DNA from: Eledone cirrhosa
Taxonomy: Eukaryota
Length of the DNA stretch: 64,000 nt
Assembly: GCA_964016885.1 (NCBI GenBank)
Contig: OZ024741.1
Coordinates: 155,248,001 to 155,312,000, forward strand
Direction of reading: 5' to 3'
In this document: piece after piece, positions 11,560 through 25,289 of the stretch
Layout of the letters: every line of letters starts with the position of its first letter
Position numbering within the stretch: the first letter of the stretch is position 1
Program-made: the position numbers and the translations under genes
Notes under the pieces: model-generated
Databases searched by the model: none
Seen by the model: only the letters and a program-made list of their open reading frames with translations
Told to the model about the DNA's origin: nothing

Positions 11560-12975
11560 ACCCTAAAAAGTAGCACCATTAATGTCAAAAGATGGGAACG
11601 TCCTCATCAAAGATCCAGCAGGTATCATGAATCGGTGGACTGAACACTTTAAAGATCAGTTTAAAAACCATCTGTAGTTGATGAGGAAATTATTAATGGA
11701 GACTGTAAGGGAGATGATGAATGATACAACCTTTGATGAGATAAGGTCAACTATCAAAGAGATAAACATAGGGAAAGCTCCAGATTTGGATGGAATACCT
11801 GAAGGGCTGATCTGCTTTGGAGGAGACAATGTTGTTATGGCCATTCATGGGCTAGTCTTATCTGTATGGCATGGTGAGCCTGTCCCGCAAGACTGGGTAG
11901 ATGCAATTTTGCTCTCGATTTACAAAGGCAAGGGGTCCAAGTCAGAATGCGGTGATTATCAAGGTATAAGTCTGCTCGAATCGGTAGGAAAAGTCTTGTC
12001 TAAGGTTTTGCTGAATTGTCTAATAAAATGGATCTGCCCCGGTGCCATCCCTGAGACCTAGTGTGGAATCAGAGATGGGCAGGTTACTATGGACATGATT
12101 TTCTCAGCCTGTCAGCTTATGGAGAAGTGTGTTGAGTAGCAAGTGTCACTATACCATGTATTTATGGACCTTACCAAGGCCTTCGATACTTACTGTTAAT
12201 CGTAGTGCATTGTGGGTCATATTGAGGAAACTTGGATGCCCTCATGAGTTTGTTGGAATATTCAGAAAACTCCATCAACATATGAAAACAAAAGTGAACT
12301 TCAATGGGACACTTTTAGAGCCAATTTCAGTGAAAAACGGTGTTAAACAAGGTGACATACCTGCACACACTCTGTTCTCTATTTACTTTGCCGTGCTGCT
12401 GACACATGCCTTCCAGGGCTTCGAAATGAGTGTATACTTGCGAATTAGAACCTCTGGCAAACTGTTTAATCTAAGACGGTTTAGCACCAAATCCAAAACT
12501 TTTGGCACTCTTCTTAGGGAGTTCCTGTATGCTGATGATGCAGATTTTGTGGCTCACACAGTAGAGGACATGCAGTTGATATTGGACACCTTATCCAATG
12601 CATGTACTCCGTTTGGGATAAATATTAGTTTAAAAAAGACAAAGGTCATGTACACCAGTTGAGGTGAAAAAGACTTGAGAGGAAAAAGACTTGAGATAGT
12701 GGACAGCTTTGTGTATCTCGGAAGTACACTTAGTAGCGATGGTACCATCGATGCAGAAATAGGTCACAGGTTTCCGATAGCAATTCTGGCCTTCAGAAAG
12801 CTCGAGAAGCGAGTCTGGTCAAAATGGGGTATCACGAAAAACACAAAGCTCTCTGTATATGAGGCCTGTGTTCTTACAGCCCTGCTATATGGATGCGAAA
12901 CGTGGACAACTTGCAGGCATCATACCAGGCAGCTGGAAAAATTTCATCAGCATTGTATACGACGTATCCTGAAGA
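11560..12975 (+). mobile_element. RTE-clade LINE reverse transcriptase pseudogene
   Basis: KAPDLDGIPE, CGDYQGISLL, GVKQG, EFLYADD and LYGCETWT motifs with stops and frameshifts. Confidence 0.92.
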
Positions 12976-12994
12976 TGTATGTATGTATGTTATG

Positions 12995-13238
12995 TTGGGT
13001 CACTCTTGAGTGCTACTGGTAACATGTAACCCAGTAAACCTGTCGCATGGTCAGGTCGTCGGCGACTAAACCGGCACCCACACCAAGTTTAGTGGATGAG
13101 GAGGGTGATTTTGGACACCCTGCAGGATAAAAAACGAAACCTGACAAAGGGCGGAAGAACTCATAAAAGGCAACGGCCATCTAAAAATGTATACATATGT
13201 ATATATGTGTGTATGTACATATGTATATACATGTATAC

Positions 13239-13325
<87 letters not shown>

Positions 13326-14050
13326 TTGGGACATATAAATAATCGGGCTGGATACCCGATTGCGCAGTTAAACCATTGGAAGTGAACGAGCGCTAGCCTT
13401 TGTCAGGGCATTTTTCTAGGAGAAGGCAACTCAGGAAACTGGGATAACTCCAACATAAAATCTGCGGCTCACTAGTTACTGTTGCTCAGAGAGTGGGATT
13501 GGCCCAGTGCACAGTCTTTCCTCATTTAAAAAAGAAATCTTCATGCACAGGCCTTGCACGATAGCATTAATTGATAATTATTAATAATGTTATATCGTGC
13601 AATGGCCATCTTTGATATCGAGGGGGCAGCCATCATGTATGTATATGTCAGGTCGCTCTTCAGCGCTACAGGTAACATGTAATCTAGCACAACCTATGCA
13701 ACGCCACAAAATTTGCTTGGTGAAGAGGGTGAGTTTGGACACCCTGCGGTATGAAAGACAAAATCCGTCAACGGCCATCCAATAAAGTGTTTTTTTTATT
13801 TTGTAGGGTGAGAGACTCCTAGTTTTCAGTAAGACATCTCTCTAGGAGAAGGTCACTCTATTATAAAACCTGTGACATCGATTGTATCCAATGATAAAGA
13901 CCAGTTCTACTTTTTGGATAATTGAATTTGTTGTTCAGAGAGTGGGATTGGCCCCGTGTAAAACCTTTCCTCACTTCAAAAAAAAAAAAAAGCTTCAAGC
14001 ACAGGCATCGCTTAATATGTGACATTTTCTGCAGTGTATGGCATTGTTAC
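12995..14050 (+). mobile_element. Family X fragments (two copies)
   Basis: Begin after ATGT repeats; homologous to the minus strand of 8742-9348. Confidence 0.6.
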
Positions 14051-14084
14051 ATACATACATATGTAATATTATTTCCTTGGGAAA

Positions 14085-14170
14085 TTACTTCTACAGGCCT
14101 GGAATATTTCATCTAGTGATGAAATCGTTACAAAGGTACAGAATGAAACAGTATTAGTCCTGTAAAAGCC
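14085..14170. mobile_element. Degenerate family C fold-back/hammerhead fragment
   Basis: GAATGAAACAGTATTAGTCCTGTA, with a partial inverted copy upstream (TACAGGCCT...TTTCATC). Confidence 0.45.
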
Positions 14171-14327
14171 ACTTCTAAAATAGATAAAATATATTACCCT
14201 CTAAACATAGATGTGGTGCGTACCTTACTGGAATTGTGGTTCGTTTCCGTTCTATAACGGAATACCCTTCTACTATATATATATGTGTACATACATATAT
14301 ATACCTGTGTGTGTGTGTATATATATA

Positions 14328-16210
14328 AGTAAAAGGAAAAGAAAATGCTGACAAATTTTTCCAAGTGAAAAATAGTTTAATTAGGAATAAGTATAAATTA
14401 GTAATAAGTATTGGTTAGTATTCAGTGTGTGGATGGACCAGTATTTTTGTGATACTGGTAAAAATGGTGTACATTATTCGATATTTTCAGTAATTTGAAA
14501 AAACGATTCTCTCAAAAGAACATCAAAAACATTAATAATAAAAGGTGTGAAATGATATATAGTATTGGCATAATACCAAGGGATGTGTGAGTGTCCAGAT
14601 TGTACGTACTGCAAGAGGAATCCATTAGGCCCTGCCGTATGGGAATACTTGTGTACAAATATGTAGTGCCCATCAGTGTGCAATGCATGTGTGCGTATAT
14701 GTATGTGTGTGTGTCGGCACGTTTATATCTATAAACATCAAAAGGTATGCAAATTTGTGTATATTTGTGTTGCCCCATAGAACATGTGTGTTTACGTATG
14801 TCATTGTGTTTATATGTGGATAGAAATGTATGTAGGATGTAAGCTGATGTAGGTATGTATGTTGACGTGTGTATGTTGTGGGTTCGTCTTAGGAAGAAGT
14901 GTTTAGACGGGGGTCCGTATTTGTTAATAAAGTGAGATTCCTTGCTGATGCGCTGGGTGTGGGTGGCATTAACTTTAAATTTGTAGAGGGGAACGATTCT
15001 AAAATTGGGATGATTTTGGGCGGCACAGGTATCAATGTGTTCACTCAGTGGTATTTTTCTGTATTCCTGTATTTTAATTTGGGATCTATGGAGAGTCATG
15101 CGTTGGCGGCGGCTGTTTTTAGTCTGGCCTATGTATTGTTCTCGACAACCTGAACAAGTTAATGCATATATTAGATTTTCTGATGCGCATGTGAAATTGT
15201 GTTTTACTATAAAACGTTGGCCTTCTTTGAAATAGAATTCCGAACCCTCTATTAGGTTGATGCATATGCCACAGTTGGGTCTATCGCATTTTTTTTACTG
15301 TGGGTTTCGTTGTTGTGGTTAGCAGTACTTTGGCATGTGTTAGGATGTTTTTCATTGACTTAGATTGTCTTTTGCTCTTATGATATCGTGTGTTCGAAGG
15401 ATTTGGTTCATTCTATGGTCCTTTTTTAACACAGGGATGTTCTGGAGGATGGTGTCAAAGGCCTCATTGTTGAAGGGGTTGTGTGTGGAGTGTATGGAAG
15501 AGCTTTTAGTTTCGGTTGATTTTACTTTAGGGTGTCTAAGGTCCTGGGTACTGAGTTTTAGGGCACGTTGGATTCCATTGTCAATTAGTGATGCAGGGTA
15601 GTCCCTGCCTATGAGTGTGTCCTTTAGTTCTTGTAGCCGTAAGTAGCAGGTGTTTTTATTGGAGACTATAGTACAGATTCTCTTGGCTAAGTTGTAGGGA
15701 ATATTAATTTTAACGTGTCTAGGGTGGCAAGAGTTGAAGGGAAGATATTGCTTGGAGTCTGTGGGCTTGTAGTGTATGTCTGTTTCTATTTTTTGTTATG
15801 AATCTTAATGAGGATGTCGAGGAAGGGGAGTTGTTGATGGCTGTATTCCATCGTGTTGAGCCCATTCATAAGGGTGTGAAATTCTTTAAGTTTCTCGATA
15901 TTTTCGTGCCAAAGGATGAAGCAATCATCTAGATATCGCTTTCAGTTCTTTTCTATGTGTAAGTGCTTTTTGTTTAGTACTTTAGAGTAGAGGGTGATTT
16001 CCAGGTATCTCATGACTAGGTTGGCATAAGTGGTGGCTGTTTTCGTTCCCATAGCGGTCCCAGATTTCTGCCTGTAGGATTTGTTATTGAAAACGAAGTA
16101 ATTGTTCTAAAACTGAATACTAACGAATACTTATTACTAATTTATACTTATTCCTAATTAAACTATTTTTCACTGGGAACAATTTGTCAGCATTTTCTTT
16201 TCCTTTTACT
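14328..16210 (-). mobile_element. Penelope-like element (Neptune-type), 5'-truncated RT plus GIY-YIG, with inverted pseudo-LTR
   Basis: Minus strand: GTAMGTKTATTYANL, RYLDDCFILW, LPFLDI, KPTDSKQYLPFNSCHP, RPNCGIC linker, NLIYALTCSGCREQYIGQT..RMTLHRSQI. About 100-bp inverted termini at 14328-14426 and 16112-16210. Confidence 0.9.
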
Positions 16211-16237
16211 AATAAATCACAACTCATGTGTTACACC

Positions 16238-16316
<79 letters not shown>

Positions 16317-16525
16317 GGATATACGTGTGTATATATATATATTTATATGTATGTTATGTATGCTAAGTATGTAGGTATGTTATATTATGTTTGTGTGTGT
16401 ACAGATATATGTATATATATATATATATAAATATATGTATGTAAATATGAATATATATACATATACACACACACATATATATATAAGTATATATATATGT
16501 ATATATATTCATATTTACATACATA

Positions 16526-16565
<40 letters not shown>

Positions 16566-16748
16566 TATTGTTATACTTTGGGAGGGTCATGTTGCTAATA
16601 AGAAACACACGCACCAGATGCTTTCACTTCAATTTATTATAATAAATTTATAAATTTAGGAATTTATAAATTTCTAGTTGGTATAACAATATCGGTTTCA
16701 ACACACGATTTCAGATAAAGAATCTTGCTAAACAAATTCAGAAACGAA

Positions 16749-16877
<129 letters not shown>

Positions 16878-17383
16878 CACATACATACCATACATACATA
16901 TTTATGTATATTCATATACACACCACACCCAGCATATCTGTATTTTATAACCACTCACGCACACGCACATACACACATACATGTATGTATGTTATGTATG
17001 TATGTATGTATGTATGTATGTATGTATGTTATGTATGTATGTTATGTATGTATGTATGTAGTATGTATGTATGTATATATATAATGTATGTAAGTATGTA
17101 TGTATGTATGTATGTATGTATGTATGTATGTATGTATGTATGTATGTATGTATGTGTGTGTGTGTATGTATGTATGTATGTATGTATGTATGTATGTATG
17201 TATGTATGTATGTTATGTATGTATGTATGTATGTGTGTGTGTGTATGTATGTATGTGTATGTATATGTATGTATATTTGATTATATAAACAGAGTGACTT
17301 ACTGTTTAAAAGTAACACCACCGCCCAACATCATCACCACCTCCCAACCACTACTATCATAATCACCACCACACCATCAACTT

Positions 17384-17538
17384 AGAAGAAGAAGTAGAAG
17401 AAGTAGAAGAAGTAGAAGAAGTAGGAGGAGGAGGAGAAGAAGTAGAAGAAGGAGGAGGAGGAGGAGGAGGAGAAGAAGAAGAAGAAGAAGAAGAAGAAGA
17501 AGAAGAAGAAGAAGAAGAAGAAGAAGAAGAAGAAGAAA
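17384..17538. repeat. (GAA/GAG/GTA)n microsatellite
   Basis: Seen directly. Confidence 0.95.
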
Positions 17539-18126
17539 TAAGTTTCCGTTCTGTAGAGTATCCTTGGCACTTTGCACTTTTTCCTGCAGACTTCTTAAAT
17601 TAGATCTGCTAGAAACAACAGCCAGATCTGCCTCCAACCACAGCCAAGTCTTTTAGAAAATAAAGGTTAATGATTGCACAACATGGGAGAAAACACAACA
17701 CTAGTTTTGGGATCATGGTTATAAGAACTGCTTTTATTATATATTTGGGGCCTTTACAATCTGAGTTCAAATCCCGCCGAGGTTAACTTTGCCTTTCATC
17801 CTTACGGGGTCGATGAAATAAAGTACCAGTAATACACTGAATAACTGCTGGCCTTGTGCCAAAAATAAAAACAATTATATATTTTCTCATTCTGACTTGC
17901 ACCACCACATTAACACATACATACACATAGACACACCCACATTCACGCCCATCAACACACAAAGGTGTATATATACATACGCAGGTGTATACGAGATTGC
18001 ATTGTCCAGGGGGTGGCTGATGAGGAAGAGAGGTACTTTTGTCTGTTCGTCCTACGTATTTCGTTTTTTAATTCCGTGTGCAACCTTATCTCCCTCTCTC
18101 CTCTCTCTCTCACTCTCTCTCCCCCC

Positions 18127-18157
<31 letters not shown>

Positions 18158-18315
18158 CGTACGTATATATACATATATGTATATATAAATATATATATAT
18201 ACATACCTACATATATATATATATATATATATATAAATATATATAAATATATATATATACATACGTATATATACATATATATATAAATATATGTATATAT
18301 ATATACATATATATC

Positions 18316-18359
<44 letters not shown>

Positions 18360-18401
18360 CGTATATATACACACACATATATATATATAAATATATATAT
18401 T

Positions 18402-18442
<41 letters not shown>

Positions 18443-18466
18443 ATGTATGTAAACACACACACACAC

Positions 18467-18508
<42 letters not shown>

Positions 18509-18835
18509 AAATAGACACACCCACATCTACACACATACACAAACATACATCCACACACACACACACATACACTGACAGACATATAGGCAGACATATGCAG
18601 ATAACATAGACATACACACACATCTACAGATGTGTGTGTATGTGTATGTATTGTGGCCTGAGATGTATTTGAACGAAAACAGGTAAAGTGCTCCGGTTTC
18701 TTTACGGCCAGACAAAAACACAAATGGTTATTTTTCACCTGCAGTTCATACACGGATGAACCTTACACAATCTCATTTTTTCCCAATGTGGCCCAGCTCC
18801 TAAGTAAGATAGCAATTATTATTATTATTATTATT

Positions 18836-19525
18836 GAGGAATTTTTCATTGTTTCAATTTTCATTTTTATTGTTTATATATATATATACGTTTCTATGTC
18901 TTTTTTTTCTTTTCTTATATAAATAATAAAAATCTTTACACGCACAAAACCCACATCGTACCGTCCTGTACCGTCCTGTACCGTCTGTAATGTTTTTCTT
19001 GATGTCAGCCCTTGTGGCCAATAAAGAAATCATCATTATTATTATTATTATTATTATTATGATCTGAGTTCAAATCCCGCCGAGGTTAACTTTGCCTTTC
19101 ATCCTTATGGGGTCGACAAAATGAAGTACCAGTAATGTACTGGGTAATTGCTGGCCTTGTGCCAAAAGTAGAAACAATTATTATTATTATTATTATTAGA
19201 AATGTCCATTTGTACCGTCCTGTATTGTCCTGTACTGTTCTTAATGTTATACTATAAATTAAAGGTGGAAAACTGGGAGAGGGCACTTGCCCTGGTCGTT
19301 AGGGTCACTGTGTCCTTTTAATGGGCTTTCTCCACAAATGTCCCTCCGAAGTCTCCCCCCTATTGGGGAATTTTTCATTGTTATTTTTTTTGTTACATCC
19401 TCTGTTTTTGTTTTTTTACACGCAGAAATGCCCATTTGTACCGTACTGTATTGTCCTGCACTGTTCTTAATGTCTACTTTATGTAAACCCTTGTGGTTAA
19501 TAAAGAAATCATTATTATTATTATT
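18836..19525 (+). mobile_element. Tx1 family B 3' UTR fragments with (ATT)n tails, interleaved with a SINE
   Basis: Ends CCCTTGTGGCCAATAAAGAAATC-(ATT)n at about 19010-19030 and a similar end at about 19490-19510. These resemble Tx1-A ends but carry an ATT tail. Confidence 0.65.
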
Positions 19526-19546
19526 ATTATTATTATTGTTATTATA

Positions 19547-19775
19547 AGGGCGGCGATTTGGCAGTATCGGTAGAGGGTTGGACGTCATGCTTTCTAGCAA
19601 GAGTTACGTCCTATTACGGTCTGAGTTCAAATCCCGTCGAGGTTAACTTTGCCTTTCATCCTTACGGGGTCGATAAAATAAAGCACCAGTAATGCACTGG
19701 GGTCGATTTATTCGACTTTTCCTTCCCCTTAAAAAAATTGCTGGCCTTGTGCCTAAATTAGAAACAATTATTATT
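19547..19775 (+). mobile_element. tRNA-derived SINE family 1, near full length
   Basis: A box TGGCAGTATCGG, B box GAGTTCAAATCC, conserved body, ATT tail. About 15 further copies, e.g. 17750, 19060, 22395, 22585, 23095 (-), 25215, 25785, 25916, 29830 (-), 35330 (-), 63000. Confidence 0.9.
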
Positions 19776-19799
19776 ACGTGTTGTCACTGCATTACTGAG

Positions 19800-20230
19800 C
19801 ACAGCTCTGTGTGCCTTGGGCACGTGCAGTGCTATATTTTTTGTGTTGTTTCTGTAACATTGAAAGTACTCTACATAATATGCATGTGCTGTGCCTAATA
19901 GTGCTATTTTCTGTATGTTGTATATATTTGTAAGTCCTGAGGTTCTTTAGCTAATATGTGTTCAGTGCCTACAAATGCTGTTTCCTGTATCTTGTATATA
20001 TTTGTAAGTCCTGGTATACTCTACGTAATATATGTGCCGTGCCGCAAGTGCTATTTCCTGTATGCTGTATATGTTTGTAAGTCCTGAGGTTCTCTAGGTA
20101 ATATGTGTTCAGCGCCTACTAATGTTGTTTCCTGTATCATGTACATATTTGTGTATGTAATATATGTGCCGTGCCGCAAGTGCTATTTCCTGTATGCTGT
20201 ATATATTTGTAAGCCCTGGGCTTCTAATTA
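19800..20230. repeat. About 62-bp degenerate minisatellite
   Basis: Recurring GTGCTATTTCCTGTATGCTGTATATATTTGTAAGTCCTG units. Confidence 0.75.
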
Positions 20231-20309
20231 TGTATCTGTCTGTGTGTATTTTAAACATTCCCAGAACACCTATTTCTCTTTTCTCACCATCTACATTCGG
20301 CTAAATTAT

Positions 20310-20900
20310 TAGAGTCGGACGCCATGCTTTCTAGCATAGTTACGTCCCTTTACAGTCTGAGTTCAAATCCCGTCGAGGTTAACTTTGCCTTTCATCCTTA
20401 GGGGGTCGATAAAATAAAGTACCAGTAATGTACTGAAGAATTGCTGGCCTTGTGCCTAAAGTAGAAACAATTATTATTATTGGCAGTATTGATAGCGTCG
20501 GACAAAATGCTTTGCAGCATAGAGTTACGGCTCTTTATGATCTGAGTTTAAATTCCGCGGAGGTTAACTTTGCCTTTCATCCTTACGGAGTCGATAAAAT
20601 AAAGTACCAGTCACGCACTGGGGTCGATTTGATCGACTTTCACCTCCCCCAAAATTGCTGGCCTTGTGCCTATATAAGAAATCATTATTGGCTGTATCGA
20701 TAGAGCATCGGACAAAATGCTTCGCAGCATAGCGTTACGGCCCTTTGCGTTCTGAGTTCAAATCCTGTCGAGGTTAGCTTTGCATTTCATCCTTACGGAG
20801 TCGATAAAATAAAGCACTAGTAATGCACCGGGGGCGATTTAATCGACTTTCCCCACTCCCTATTTTGCTGGCCTTGTGCCTTTAGTAGAAATCATTATCA
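20310..20900 (+). mobile_element. Three tandem SINE family 1 copies
   Basis: Head-to-tail copies starting at about 20310, 20480 and 20690, each ending in a short ATT tail. Confidence 0.85.
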
Positions 20901-20904
20901 TTAT

Positions 20905-22385
20905 GGTGGATACGTCTGAAAGAATAGAAGACAAGCACTTTCCTTTTCGGCAAAGACCTCATTAACTTTTTCAGGTTTCATTTGAAGAAAACCAGGGTAG
21001 AGAGGCAACTGCCGCCTTCCAGACAGTTTGCTGGAAGGCGAGTGAGAGGCGAGCATGGCCCGAGTGAATGGGCCCTCTCTGAGTGTACACCTATAGATTG
21101 GCGGAGGAGAACTGGGACAGGGTACTTGCCCTAGAGATCCGGACACCCGTGGTTTTATGTTTTTTTTTCCACAAGCACCCCTCGAAGTCTCCAGCCTATT
21201 GAGGAATTTCCATTGTTAAAATTCTTTATTGTTACCTTTCTTTTTACTATTGTTAAACCTGTTTACACGCGAAACCCACACACCGACCCCCCCCCCCCCC
21301 CCACACACACACACATAAGCCTCACTTTGTGTTGTTTTTCAACCATGTATTATCTCCGCCTTGGGCCCTTGTGGCCAATAAAAAAAATCATTGTTATTTC
21401 CTCGGAAGTTTCATACTACTTTTTACTGCCTCTATGTTTCTGAGGTGTGTGCAACATTATATGTTGTTATTTCTGTAGGGGTTGGGTGAAGTATTCACTG
21501 TTTCTGTTAATGTACTTTAACAGTCTTGTTTTTTTTTATAGTTTTTCGTGTTATTCTAGTGTTTGTTCTGTTTTGTGTGGTATGGAAATTATGAGTTATG
21601 TTATTTTACTGGATATTCCATTCTTTAGAGGGTTAGTGGCGAGTAAAAGCGACGACGTTCTTGGAGAGACTCTGGGCATCGACGAAAATCAACTAGCCAC
21701 TCGTTTCCGGGGGACTCCCAGTCAAATGCTGATGATTAACTTCCAGAAATCCTTTGCCTGGCAGGGCTACTCGGTGTGGGGAGCATTATTGGCTGGAGAT
21801 AAACTCTCAGGCATGGAAGTGCCATCAGCCGGACTTAACTGAGCATTGCTGACTTCTGGGTTCGTATCGAATACTTGCTGTCACTTGTGGGACAGATCCG
21901 GCTATCAGCTGAAGCCATTGTGAAGATCGCTCCCTGCCTTCCTTTAGTGGAGCAGGGCAAGCAGTTTTGATCTATCTGGTAGCCATGGTGAAAGAGGTTG
22001 TGTAGTTGACGAGACAGAAAGGGCTGAAAACCGACACTTACTTCTTTGGTCAATCCCTCATTAACCTTTTCAAGTTTCACTTGGAGAGGAAAATTTGGGT
22101 GGAGAAGGAAGAGCTACCTTCCAGCCATTTTGTTGAAAGATGGACGAGAGTGGCAACGATGGTCCGATTGTATGGCTTTGTCCTAAATATGAATCTGTAA
22201 ATCGGAACAAGGACACCGGGAGAAAGCACATGCCTTAGCGATTAGGGTAACTTTGGCTTTTTATGTTTTTTCTCCACGAATAGCCCTCAGAAGTCACGTC
22301 CATTTTCAGAAATTTTCTTTGTTATAATTTTATTGTTAGCTTTTTTTGTTTTCGTTATCTCCCCTGTTTATATGTAAAACATACA
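20905..22385 (+). mobile_element. Two degraded Tx1-clade 3' fragments (family B-like)
   Basis: FRGLVASKSDDVLGE, NFQKSFAWQ and KGLKTDTYFFGQSL..FVERWTRVA, homologous to the Tx1-A ORF2 end. Confidence 0.75.
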
Positions 22386-23334
22386 CACACTCACACATGC
22401 TTTGCGGCACAGAGTTACGGCCCATTAAGTTCTAAGTCCAAATCCCGTCGAAGTTAGCTTTGCCTTTTATCCTTACGGGGGTAGATAAAATAAAGTACCA
22501 GTAACGCACTGAGGTCGATTTAATCGACTTCTCCCTCCTCAGAAACCATTATTATCATTATTATTTATTTATTTTAGTGGGTTTAAGGCGGTGGATTGGC
22601 AGTACCGGTAGAGGGTCGGACGCCATGCTTTGACGCATACAGTTACAGCCCTTTACGGTCTCAGTTCAAATCCCGTCGAGGTTGGCTTTGCTTTTTATTC
22701 TTACGGGGTCGATAAGTGCTGGCCTTGTGCCCAAAGTAGAAACAATTATTATTATTACCGATAATTTGCATAGTAAATATTATAATTACTGGATCTTCGA
22801 GACCGAGAGAGAGAGAGCTAACCCATGTACTGGCTTAGTACTTGATTTATCGACCACCAAAGGATGACCGACAAAGTTGACCTCGGATGCATTTGAACCC
22901 ACTTGAACGGTGCTGAGAGCCGAAACAAATACTGCAAACAATATATCTAATGTCTTAACAACTCTGCCACAAAATTCGAGTGTTGGCTGAAATGTTTATA
23001 GGCTGAAAAGTTCATAGGCTGACCAAGATACTCTCATGGAATGACCAAATGGGGTTTATTTTTCTATCATAGTCTCTGTAGAGAAACAATGCAGTTATTA
23101 ATAAAGGTTTATTATATAGGCACAAAGCCAAAAAAAATGGGGTGGGGAAGGTCAAATAAGTCGGCCACAGTGCGTGACTGATACTTTATTTTATCGACGC
23201 CGTAAAGATGAAAGGCAAAGTTAACCTCGGCGGGATTTGAACTCAGACCGTAAAAGAGCGTAACTCTGTGCTGGAAAGCATGGCGTCCGACCCTACACTG
23301 ATACTGCCAATATTGTAATAATATAACATTATAA

Positions 23335-24650
23335 ATTTCGGGGTTTCAGGGGATAGCCGCTTTCGGGGGAATCGGCAGTGTCTATGATTCAGGCGGTTTC
23401 AGGGGATTAGGCGGAATCGGGGGTTCAAGTGATTTCGGGGGTTTAGGCCGTTTCGGGGGTTTAAGCGAATTCGGGAGTTTAGGCGGTTTCGGAGGTTTAG
23501 GCAGTTAAGGTTTAGGGGTTTTCGAGGTTTTAGGTGGTTTCAGGGGTTTCAGGGTTTTCGGAGGTTTAGGTGGTTTCGGAGGTTTATGCGGTTTTGGGGG
23601 TTTAGGGGTTTTCGAGGTTTTAGGCGGTTTCGGGTGTTTTGGAGTTTTCAGGGGTTTAGGTGGGTTAGGTCGTTTCGGGGTTTAGCCTGGTTCAGGGGTT
23701 TCGTGGGTGGGGGTTGGGATTTGCAGATATAGAGGTTTTCGGGGGTATCGACGGATTCGGGAGTTACATCGGTGTCGGGTTTTCGGCGCTATAGGTTGTT
23801 TCGGGGGTTTCGGAGGTTTAGGCGGTTTAGGCGGTTTCGGGGGTAGGCGGTAACTGGGGTTTATGTGGTTTCAGGGGTTTAGGTGTTTTCTGGGGTTTAG
23901 GTGTTTTCTGGGGTTCAGGAGGTTTAGAGGTTTTCGCGAGTATAGGCGGTTTAGTAGGTTTCGGGAGTTTCGGAGGTTTAGGCGGTTTCGGGTGTTTCAG
24001 GAATTTAGGCGGTTGCGACGGTTGAGGCGGTTTCAGGGGCCTTGGGGTTTTCTGGTGATTAGGCGATTTCGGGGGTTTCAGCGGTTTCGGGGCTGTCGGG
24101 GGCTTGCTGGTTTTCTGGGGATTAGGCGGTTTCGGGGATTTTGGGGTTTAGGCGGTTTCAGGGGCTAAGAGTTTTTCTGGGGTTTCGGTGCTTTAGGCGG
24201 TTTTGGAGGGTTCGTGGGTTTACGGGTTTTCATGGGTTCGTCGTTTTAGGGGTGTTCACAGGTTTCGGCGGTTTCGGGGGTTTAGATGGTTTCGGGGGTA
24301 TAGGTGGTTTCTGCGGTTTAGGCGGTTTCAGAGGATTCGGGGCTTTCGAGGGTTTTGGGGATTTCAGGGTATTCGGGGTTTAGGTGGTTTCAGGTGCTTA
24401 GGGCTTTTCTGGGGTTTAGGCTTTTTTAGGTGTTTAGGCGATTTCGGGGATTTCGGGGGTTTTCGGGGTTTAGGATGTTTCGGGGGTTTCGGGGGTTTTA
24501 GTGTCTTAGGGGTTTTCTGGGGATTAGGTGGTTTCGGGGCTTTAGGCGGTTTCGGTTGTTTTATGTCTTTCGGCGGTTTCGGGGGTTTATGTGTTTTAGG
24601 GTGTTTTGGGGGTTTGGCAGCTTTTGTGGGTTTCAGGTTTAGGGGATTTT
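23335..24650. repeat. G-rich 9-bp minisatellite (GGTTTAGGC/GGTTTCGGG)
   Basis: About 1.3 kb with 9-nt periodicity. Confidence 0.9.
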
Positions 24651-25215
24651 GTGTGACTATATCCGGTGTGACTATATCCAGTGTGACTATATCCAGTGTG
24701 ACTATATCCGGTGTGACTATATCCGGTGTGATTATAACTGGTGTGACTATATCCGGTGTGACTATATCGGGTTTAACTATATCTGGTGAGACTATATCCG
24801 GTATGACTATATCCAATGTGACTATATCTGGTGTGACTATATCCGCTGTGACTATAACTGGTGTGACTATATCCGGTTTGAATATATCTGGTGTGACTAT
24901 ATCCGGTTTGACTATATCTGGTGTGACTATATCCGGTGTGACTATAACCATTGTGACTAGATCCACTCTGACTATATCCGGTGTCACTATATCCGATGCG
25001 ACTACATCCGCTACTCGCTAAGACTATATCCGGTGTGACTATATCCGGTGTGACTATATCCGATGTGACTATTGAAGGTGTGACTATATACGATGTGACT
25101 ATTTCCGGTGTAACTATATCCGGTGCGTCTACATCTGGAGCAACTATATCCTAAGTGACGATATCCAGTGTGACTATGTCAAGTGTGATTATATCCAGTG
25201 TGATTATATCCAGTG
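24651..25215. repeat. 15-bp minisatellite (GTGTGACTATATCCG)n
   Basis: Roughly 37 units directly abutting the 9-mer array. Confidence 0.95.
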
Positions 25216-25289
25216 TTCAAATCCCACTAAGGTTAACTTTGCCTTTCATCCTTAGAGGGTCGATAAAATAAAGTACCAGTAATACACTG

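Noticed and set aside
19547-19640. tRNA gene
   Set aside because: The A and B boxes belong to a SINE head with a conserved body and many copies; no intact cloverleaf.
23335-24650. Interstitial telomere
   Set aside because: The period is 9 nt and TTAGGG occurs only sporadically.
23863-25021. Gly/Phe-rich, VTISG-repeat and PKPPK ORFs resembling structural or antifreeze-like proteins
   Set aside because: 9- and 15-bp periodic repeats open frames automatically; there is no unique coding flank or splice support.
24651-25215. CRISPR-like array
   Set aside because: Contiguous 15-mers with no unique spacers, no cas genes and a eukaryotic context.
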